The notes under the pieces: generated by a model
The model's input: the letters and a program-made list of their open reading frames with translations, nothing else
What the model was told of the DNA's origin: nothing
Databases searched by the model: none
Assembly: GCA_965649765.1 (NCBI GenBank)
Contig: OZ287753.1
Coordinates: 57,412,001 to 57,476,000 of the forward strand
Length of the DNA: 64,000 nucleotides
Source of the DNA: Bispira polyomma
Taxonomy: Eukaryota
Direction: 5' to 3'
Part shown: positions 51,250 to 61,015 of the stretch, piece after piece
How the letters are laid out: every line of letters begins with the position of its first letter
How positions within the stretch are numbered: the stretch's first letter is position 1
Made by a program: the position numbers and the translations under genes

Positions 51250-52624
51250 AAAAGTTGTATTAGCGGTCGGCATGGATGGTGTGTAGTATATGTAGGGGGG
51301 CTTACTTACTAAAAGAGTGTGTATATATGATGCAACTCAAACACTCATTACTTAACAAATAACAATGTTGAATGTTGATTAATGATAATTTTTAATATAA
51401 AATGTTTCTAAAACATTTCAAAACTTATGGCCCAGTAGCATGACTAACAATGACCTAGGTAGTATGTATTATATTGTTTGGCTAGGAATTAGATTTTTAG
51501 AGTATATTAAGGATTATATCAACAACTACATAACTGTTTGATGCGTTGTTAATCATTGTAATAATGAATATTCGTTGTAGTGTGGGCCATCTATATCTAC
51601 TGGAAGAAGGTTTGACATGTGCAAATGTTTCCAACTGGTAAATAAGTTTTTTAGGTTTGATTGATGCTGCGCTGTGGATAGCAAAAGTAACATTGTAGAT
51701 TCAGAAGTATCATATGTTAATATGCAAGTGGTGGTAAGTAAGTGATTAGGAGAATGTGAATACACTGCATATCACTTTCGTTGTAACATATTATGTACAC
51801 AGCATTCGTTTTGTTTGCAATTTTTAAGAGAAATATATCTATAAAATAGTAATATTAATAAACATTGTGTTTTTAATAACATGCAAATTAAAACGACAAC
51901 ATGTGCTACTATAATGTTGGCACTAACCTTTCTGGATTTTGGACAGGTATGTTTCTTCAAAGAGTGAACTAATGTTTGAATACCAACAGTACTAGTTGCA
52001 AGTTTTTATTTAAAATTTAAAAAATGTCACTTGAAAGTTATTAAAATAGTATTAAACAATATGATCCAGTCTTTTAACGGAAATAACATTTCTGCTAAAA
52101 GCCAAAAGCCATGCTTCAGACAGGCCCTGCAAACTACCCCTGGTTCAATCTGTTGTTTGGTGGTCTAACATATGTCATGTGTTGGCTAAAAGTACATTCT
52201 ATCGAACCATTAACTTGATCAGTATTAAAATAAACAATAAACTACTTATTACTGTTTCAGTACATAAGGTCACCTTAGATTACCTAGTACATAATACGCT
52301 ATTTTATCTGACTTAACACTTTCCTCAAAATGTATTTACCTTTAACCAAATTCATATCCATAAATTATGGTTACCTTATGCACTGAAAATAATGGAAACT
52401 GTTATAACAGTCTTAGTAGTTATTGATAAATAATTTACCGTAATCTTTCACCTGTTACTGGATCTTGATTTTGGTAAAATATCTTGACCATGAACATCCA
52501 GGAACTGACTGCATAATCTGCTTAATGCCATCCAAAACATGCTGAATTTCTGTATTGGTTGGTATTTAGGAAAATGAGGACATATTACTGTTTGTTACTG
52601 TTTAAACTCAGTCATACATTTTGG

Positions 52625-52790
52625 TTGTACTGTAATGGTAACACTTGGCTTCTAACTCTGCAGTTGTGGGTTTGAATCTCAGCCCTGGCATGTATGTGGG
52701 AAAGTTGGCAGTAGATTTGCTGCAGACAAGGCGGTCACAGCATAAAACTTTGCCCCCAACACTGCTCAGACTTCCTTCCTCCTTGTTGAA
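52625..52790 (+). mobile_element. Diverged tRNA-derived SINE
   Basis: TGTAATGGTAACAC..GGGTTTGAATCTC..TATGTGGGAAAGTTGGCAG core shared with other SINEs. Confidence 0.55.
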
Positions 52791-53169
52791 CAGCATAGTA
52801 TCAATTACTTTATTGACATTTAAAAATTTATATGTTTCATGGTATCTCTGTAAAGTTACAATGTGTTGTATATAAGAAGTCCAATAAATCCTGAAAGCAG
52901 CAGTGCCAAAACCATTTTGCCAATTGTATGTTTACTACACATTAAACAACAGCCAAATTAAACTGGTTTGCTGTATATTAACCTACATCTGACCAATATT
53001 TGTTTTAAGATGATTTGTATATGTTGCCAAGCTATTCTATACATCACTGCAATTAGTAAGGAACAACACATCAATTTCAATTCCTAGGTATTCTACATTT
53101 ATTCCAGAATTTTGTAATTTCTTAATAAAAATTGTGTGTTTTGTTAATCAAGGCGACTACTTATAAGTG

Positions 53170-53815
53170 CATTCTCCGCACTTCTAGCAGTATCTTTTGA
53201 CAAGGGGTTTGGGATTCTCTCGATATCACAAATCTGATAATAGCAGTAGCCAAGGTGGGTATCAAACAAAAAGGCAGAGTCGAAAGTAACACCAAGGTTC
53301 TTGGCATTATGTCAAGGTGGTATATCTTTACCCAGACGAATGATGGGGAATAATAATCCTAAGACCTCATTGTGTGTCTCGAAACCAATGGGAATGAAAT
53401 CAGTTTGGTCAAGATTTAATTTCAATTTGGAGTGATTGATCCACACCTGGACAGAGAACAGACAGTCGCCACGTAGATCAAGATTTGTATGTGCATTATG
53501 AGGATTGACATAAAGTTAGATTGTCATTGGCATACCTTTGGTGTTTGATATTGTGATTATTGATAACAGTGCTTAGGTGATGTGTATAGAGGATAAAAAG
53601 TAGAAGCCCGAGGATAGATCCCTGGGGTACTCTTTTTGGTAAGTTAAAAGAGGATGACAAGTGATCATCTAATTGAATTTCTTTGCTCTAAGAGTGAATG
53701 AGGATCTGATCCAATCAAGTACAGGACCAGTAACTTTAAACCATTGTTTAAAGGTGTCGTAATTCAAGCCATGGTCAATGGTGTCAATGACTGCTGTGTG
53801 ATATAAAAGGCTAGA
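53170..53815 (-). mobile_element. Decayed L2/CR1-group RT fragment
   Basis: DTIDHG, VPQGSILG, SKLKLNLDQTDFI, AKNLGVTFD on the - strand. Confidence 0.8.
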
Positions 53816-55475
53816 TAGAAGTTTTCATAAACTAGATTAAGGTAATCGATGCAGATGGTTACTTTGTATTTGGATTGTGGATTTCAAGGACACTTGATTG
53901 ACAACAGATATTTTTAATACATCACCAAAATTGAGTTTTTTTCTGTTGCAACCATTTGTGTACAAACATTATAGAAATACTCAATGACATAAGGTTTTTT
54001 AGAGATTTATCGAAGGTCAATTGTCGTGTGGTCTGGTGTAGTGTGGGAAGCAGTCTACATCAGTTTTATTTATTATCTTATTACTATTTTTTGCAGGTTA
54101 GTGTCGTGTCATTGGCAATTTATAAAGGCCTTTATACTAAACATTCATTTTGTGGCCAGATGAATGCCGAGATATTCAAAGCATTATTACTGGTATGACT
54201 AAAGCATATGTTTTACCAGAGAAATGTGTAGTAGTCTAAAAGGTTACTTCCCTTTAGGTTTATGTGGGTGATAGTAATATAATTGTTTAGTCATCTAAAA
54301 ATATATATTTATTCATTGAATTATTCTATATCAGATATGAGAGTATAAAATCAATGAATGTTCTATGATATTTATACATACCACAATCTGCATTGATGGA
54401 ACTGTCCCATGAAAATAAACGCAGTATAAAGATCAATGTAGAGAAATTCATGACAACTTAGTAGTGTCCGGCTAAGCTTCAACTTTAGTGGTTTAAGTTT
54501 ACAGTACTTGTTCTTTTTGTTGATGTTATGTTGGACTTTATCAGCTTTCCCCTATGTGGTTGTACAAATTACTTATTAAAAATTGTTATGACCTTATTTA
54601 CAAAATGATCAGCGTATAATGAAATATTTGCTAAAAAATAGATCTGCTTCATATGTTCATTCTTTAAGTACATTATTTTTCGACTATGCATGGGTTTTTA
54701 TCATATTCTTTCACCCCCATTGCTTGCAAAAAATGAACTGCGGAATCAAATGACCTACATACACAATATAAAACGCATTTAAACGTGTTAAAATGTGACG
54801 CACCTTCTGGGTCAATAATATTATTGGTGGAGGTGGTAATTTTACAGGATTACAAACAAGTTAATAAGGGTCTTCATACTTCTTTTGGTCACTTTACTAA
54901 ATTGACCAAAAGGTCTATTATCAAAACAGTGTAATTAGCATATAGTGATAACCACTGTTTAATCAATACCTGTAGAAATATTATCAGTTATTTATGTGAT
55001 ATAAGAAGGTGTTTCTTAAGTTTGGTCAAAATTTAGCAATAGTGATCAGACTGTTGTTGAGAAAATCACTGACAAACCTGTGTTAATATTTAAATGTGTT
55101 TGAATAAGTCCTTGTCTCAAAACACATGATTATAGTCATACGAAGAATAACATCTACCAATTGTGGGACTAGTGTATTTCTGAGATGGCTGTGTCTAAGG
55201 AAAGTACATCTTACATAGAGGTATGATTTTGTTTACTAGAAATTAATTGTATAACTCTGTTGTGACTGTGGAAATGTTATTATTATTATTAGTGAATTAA
55301 GGAAATTTATACCAATTCCAAACAGTTATATTCCAAGAACCTTAGAAGTTAGACAATTTAATATTTATAATGCAATCAGTGTAACCAAAAATGAGTTTAT
55401 GCGGAATTATGTTATATTTGGTTTAAAAATTTTATGTGAGTTTTATTAAGCCAGACAACAAAGGTTTTGATTTAC

Positions 55476-55648
55476 TGACAAGTATGAATGACATGGATTT
55501 GTGTTAAATATATTGACAAGTATGAATGACTAGGATTTGTGTTAAATATATTGACAAGTATGAATGACTAGGATTTGTGTTAAATATATTGACAAGTATG
55601 AATGACTAGGATTTGTGTTAAATATATTGACAAGTATGAATGACTAGG
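55476..55648 (+). repeat. 38-bp tandem repeat x4 containing start-codon copies, abutting TRIM copy 3 ATG
   Basis: ATGACTAGGATTTGTGTTAAATATATTGACAAGTATGA; ATGs at 55488, 55526, 55564, 55602, 55640. Confidence 0.95.
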
Positions 55649-55899
55649 TTACGTTTTAAAGAGATCTGTATCAATTTATTACAGGAGATGCTGACATGCT
55701 CTGTCTGCTTAGAGCTGGTTAAAGAGCCTCAGACACTGGCCCAATGTTTCCATAACTACTGTAAACCCTGCACTGAGCAGCTGATAAAGTTACAGAACAA
55801 CCGGCCTCCTGGAATAGTATGTCCTTTATGCGACAAATTTTCAGCCGAGGTTGAAGTCAGAAAGAATTTCTTTGTGTATGACTTGTTGAATCACCATAG
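55640..55899 (+). CDS. TRIM copy 3 exon: RING finger
   Basis: Intact C3HC4; donor GTGAGT at 55900. Confidence 0.8.
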
Positions 55900-57327
55900 G
55901 TGAGTATTACATCATGTTAGTATGTGTTCTTTATGTACCAAGTGGCCAAAAAGAAACATGAAGAGTCAGATTTTCTCTAACAACAGTAGTCTTATATAAT
56001 TGAAGATTCCCCCCCCCCCCCCCATATTGGAGTTGTTAGCAATAATTGAAGATTCGTTGAAAAAGAACTGCAACACCAATTGGAGAGTATACAAATTCAT
56101 AAAGTCCATAAAGTAGGAAATGTGGATCAAACGTCAAAGCATTTTCAGCTACTTTAAATAACTATGAAGCAGACAAAATAATGTTTTTTGTAAAATACCT
56201 TTTTTTAGATTTTAATTACAGAATTATCAAAACCTAAATGATTGGTTTCCGATATGGTTTGGATTGAGTATAGAGTCATAGATTGGCGCCTATCAGAAGG
56301 ATGTCAGACTGGAGATGTCATATCAGATCATCCTTTATTAGAATTTGGTGTATCTCAGTGTTCTCTCTTGGGTTCAATCTGATGTTCCGTATATACATTA
56401 CTTTGAAAAATAAGATACAATGAGACACAGCAATACAATATAATAATACAAATGCATTATGATAATACAAAAGTTACTATAACATAGATAGATAAATACA
56501 ATTACTTAATAACCTTTCAATATCACTTTACTACCTCAAGCAAGATTACACTAAAATAACAAGATACTACTTTCCACAATACCCTAGTTGATAAACAAAG
56601 AACATTATTAGTTAAGAAATATGTTGAAAACTGCTGAGGTACCATAAAAATGTTGTAAGTGGAAATGAATACATATGGTTAACTCAAACAGGTGGACATG
56701 CTCATTACACTGATATTGTCATATATCATGCTTCAGCTTTGCACAAACAGCATACACCAGCTGTATATGTCATCAATTTATGTTTACAGCTGAAACGAGA
56801 CCTATGCAACATTAATATACTGAAAATTTTACATATAACAACCAATAAGCATGTCTTAATTTCATCTCTTTATTTTAGTGACTTTATTTTAACTTGTGAA
56901 TTGTACTTTTGTTTTCATAGCAATGCTGATTGTAAGGAGGGTCCTCCAGAGTCCTGTGAATACTGCCCTGAAGAAAAACCAACATGGAGGTGTCTGGATT
57001 GCTGTTTTTGCAATGCTGAAAGGTAGTAAAGTATATCAAAAAACAAAGTTCCACATGAACATTTATTTCAATTTCAATAATAATTGCTGTACAAAATCTA
57101 TGTGATACCCATTCTCATTTAGAAACCAGTAACTATCTGGATAAAGTTTAGATTTTATTTCCTTTTGGAGTTGCTTTATATAGTTTGTTCCTCTGTATAA
57201 AGAGATAATTCTGAACAAAATAATAAAAATCCACCAAAACGATCACAACAATTTGTCAACAGTGCAATGATACCCTTTTGGTTTATCCATGCAATGATTA
57301 ACATATTGCTTGTGTTACTTAATATAG

Positions 57328-57734
57328 GTCACAATGTTGTAGAATTGACAGAAGATATGGCAAAAATCATAAATAAACTTGTCTTGTGTACAACCCACAA
57401 AGATGAACCAATCAAATTCTTCTGCAATGATTGCAGAGAGCAGTTATGCAACACCTGTCAAGTGGTTAACCACAGATCACATGATATTATCACTGTTAGA
57501 TCTGTTCTGGACAACATCCTAATTGAAGTTAAGGAAGATCTGAAATTGCTGGATGAGAAAAATGGTAAACTCACTGAAGATGTTAAAGCTATTGACCTCG
57601 AAATAAGTGATTTAGAGAAGACCCGTGATGAGTGTCTGGCTACTATTGACTGCAAAGCGAAGAAAATAATAGCAATGATAATGAAAGAACAGAAAAAGAT
57701 GAAAGACACAGTCACAGATAGAGCAAATATTCAG
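57328..57734 (+). CDS. TRIM copy 3 exon: B-box 2 and coiled coil (out of frame if exon 2 is spliced as in paralogs)
   Basis: 407-nt exon homologous to 6503-6909 and 47917-48323. Confidence 0.7.
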
Positions 57735-60209
57735 GTATAGCACAAAAAGTATAAGGTACAACTACCCAAAAGCCATTAATAAGTAATTAGGACATTGTGT
57801 TTCGTATGTTTGGCATTCAACTGGTTTGATGCTTTTTAACTAGTTTGAACATTGCGCAATACGCATGTGCAAACTAGTTCATAGTAGAGGTCAAGAAGAT
57901 GTCTGAAATTCGCGAGAAAGTGTACAACACGTGTCAACAACAAATCTCGAAACGGGTAGAGAGCAATAAATTGAAATTCGCATCGAGTCTAGAGTTGAAC
58001 CTGTTGTGCTTACAGAATTTGGAATCGATATATATTATAACGCATAAATGAATATTGGGCTTTTTATGAAACAAACAATTTTCATATTAGAGATATGTTC
58101 GGTTGTTTCCATAAAATCACGAACATATAATTAGCCAATCAGAAAAACAGGATGGTATGACGTCATTTTCCGAGATCACTTCAGCACTTGTCGGAATATC
58201 ACGAACGAGTACAAAACGAGTACATATCTATTTATATACGTGTCATGCTTCAAGTGTATGGTGGCTGATTTAAAGGTAAAGGGCCTGAGTTCGCGTCTCA
58301 TTTGGGTAGAATTTTTTTTGCTAGCAAATCTTTTATTTAGGAATTACAATTGTTTTTAAATAGTGTCGTGTCATCTTGTACAGAAATGTGTTATGCTTCT
58401 ATAGAAGAATGTATTAATAAATTTTTTTTTTTTTAAAACACAGCCAGATTTGGACATGAAAGTGGGGCGACATAGGTCTTTCTTCCTTGCTTTACACAGC
58501 CTCGTTTTTTAAATATGATGTCAGGTTCGAGTGAAGGTCATTTCGAAGACTGTCAACAAAATGTGGATATTTTCAAACGATTTCTTATATTTTTGAGTTT
58601 GGCCTCATAATATGCAGTAAAATGTATCAGCAAATTAAATTCAATATTGTTAGGACTACACGATAATGGTGTTTGTAAAAGTACTGGCGAGATTTCCATT
58701 GAACTTTTGTAAAACTTACAGCTCGAGAGATCTGCGAAATAATGTGACCAACATATTTGGCCTCATGAGAGTGCATAGCAAATTAGTCAGCGGTCACTTG
58801 GCCACACCGTTCTTGTTTGCAAGGGGCACTGGCTACAAAATTTTCTGCATACTGTTTGTGGGGAGCATTTGCATAGATGGATAATATTATAGTTGGTATA
58901 TATAGTTGTAAACGATTGTAAATGTTTATGGCCAAACATTTTGCAAAAATATTTGCTGATGAACATTATCTAATTTTACAAAGTTTACTTGGACCTTAAA
59001 ATCAGACTTTGACCTTAAATTTGCTGTCCATATCTTCAGAGCTAACTTTAATGTGCTGATATATACTTCAGATTATTGATGTTTCTGCATCAAAATCCAT
59101 AGGGTGATACTAATATGCATATTAACAGACAAACTTTAAATATAAACACATGTGGGTTATTTTACCTTTATTTTTAGCAATTTAGTGTAAAATCTTTACA
59201 AAGTACAAATAAGACTGTCAAACATTCAAAACCTTAAAACTGAAGCACAGTAACTCCAAAAACAATTCTTTTTCTTTATATTTCTAGACCGAAATAAAAT
59301 TTGTCATATGCTGCAAAAAGTTGATATTGTTTGGTCAAATGTATGGTTCAACTTGTCCATTATTAATCATATTAAAATACTGAAACAGCTATGTATGTTG
59401 AAATGTCGCATCAAATGTCACATCAAAAATATAACAGTAGCAGTACTTTAAATAGTTTTCTAGAGATATAAGTACTATTTTATAATTACTTTAATTATTT
59501 ATCTAGTCACAATAGTTTTCATTATTCTAAATTGCATTATGTTTTTACATGCCACTATTTTACTTGTAATTTTAGGTTGAGAAACTGCAAAGCAGTAAGA
59601 ATGAGCTGACTAATCAGAAGAAAGAGATCAACAGTTTAAAGCAGACAGCTGTAACAAGCATAGAAAGAGCTGCTGGGGTGAGTCTACTGACACAGCTAAC
59701 TGAGGGAGGATTGAAGAATAGGCTACACAAAGTGAGCAGGGAAACATCACCTTTGAAACTACAAATAGAGTCACTAGAAATATATTGGAATGATACAGAG
59801 TGGGACAAGTTAGTAACACAGGGGTTGCTGGGTAGGGTAGTATTTGGGAGCAGTACAGTGGTAGTAAGGAATGGTTTACTACTTGAATGTGTACAGAATG
59901 ATTGTAAGGAGGTTAACAGTGTCACTAGGAAAAAAATTTAAAAAAATTTAAAAAAAGCCTGTAGACATGGCATTTTGTGAGGAGTGTGGGGGTTGTTATT
60001 TTAATGGTATGTGTTCAGTATGCGATAAATATTAAGAAAGTCACATTAGCAGTCGGCATGGATGGTGTGTAGTGTGTAGGGGGTTTGCTTACTAATCGAG
60101 TATGTATATATGATGTAACTCAAACACTCATTACTTAACAAATAACAATGTTGAATGTTAATTAATGATAACTTTTTAATATAAAATGTTTCCGAAACAT
60201 TTCAAAACT

Positions 60210-61015
60210 TGGTCGGTATTCTCCAATGTATACTCAAATCTGAGTATATACTCAGCTCAAACCATTAGTTTATACTCAGCTGAGTTTATACTTAGATTGA
60301 TATTCTCGAATGTAAACTCAACTAAGTATAAACTCAATATTAAATGAGTTTATAGTTGAGTTTATGACGAATGTGTGTAACAATCCCGCAGTAAATTGCC
60401 GACTTTTCCACCACTCAGATTACAGTAAAATACAGAAATATCGTTTGGTGGTTTTGTGACATCACCATATTGTTGTAGAAATGGAAGATCTAGCAAGTAA
60501 ATCTAAACTAAGGCAGGCCAATTGGTCGGAAGTTGAAAAAGAAGTATTAGTGTCTATGTGGCTGGAAAAATCTAGCATCTTATGCTGTGGCCACACTGAG
60601 CTTACGCTTCACTTATGCACAAAAAATGGCTAACGTAAGGTAAAACGTAGCAAGTAGAAGTAACGGAAGTAAACATTAGGAAAAGGTGGTACCTCAAGTT
60701 TTGTTGCTTTTAAAAAAACGTCTTAATTTTCGGACTGCTCGATATTTTTCACGCTTTTAATCCTTTGTTTCAAAAATTACTGGAAACGGGGCAAACGTAT
60801 GAAATGTATTTAATGGGTATTTGACATGAAGAGCGGGAGTAAAACAAACTATACCTACACATAATATTAGGTACGAGCAGAATGAGAACTAAACAGGTTT
60901 ACAAACGTTAAAAATGAGGAGAACAAAACTGAAACGGGTTTAGAAGCGTGACTAACGTAGTTCTAAAACTCATATGTCATACTCAGCCTGAGTATACGTT
61001 GGAAATTACGGACCC
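60210..61015 (+). mobile_element. Harbinger-type deletion derivative retaining the start of a Myb/SANT-like ORF
   Basis: Imperfect TIR GGTCGGTATTCTCCAATGTATACTCA / GGTCCGTAATTTCCAACGTATACTCA; MEDLASKSKLRQANWSEVEKEVLVSMWLEKSSIL from 60481. Confidence 0.65.
60583..60970. mobile_element. Partial copy of the 126-994 Harbinger-type MITE, inverted and nested
   Basis: TTA|TGCTGTGGCCACACTG..CTTACG; revcomp aligns with 620-994. Confidence 0.7.

Larger units (their letters stand above)
55640..59941 (+). pseudogene. TRIM/RBCC copy 3, frameshifted (probable pseudogene or RING-only product)
   Basis: join(55640..55899,56921..57022,57328..57734,59576..59941); 38-nt deletion in B-box1 exon gives TAA at 57374; second premature TAA at 59939 before the zinc-ribbon unit. 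Confidence 0.8.

Noticed and set aside
52250-52390. Short inverted repeat CAGTACATAAGGTCACC / GGTTACCTTATGCACTG
   Set aside because: Probably a tiny old MITE; no TSD or second copy to support a call
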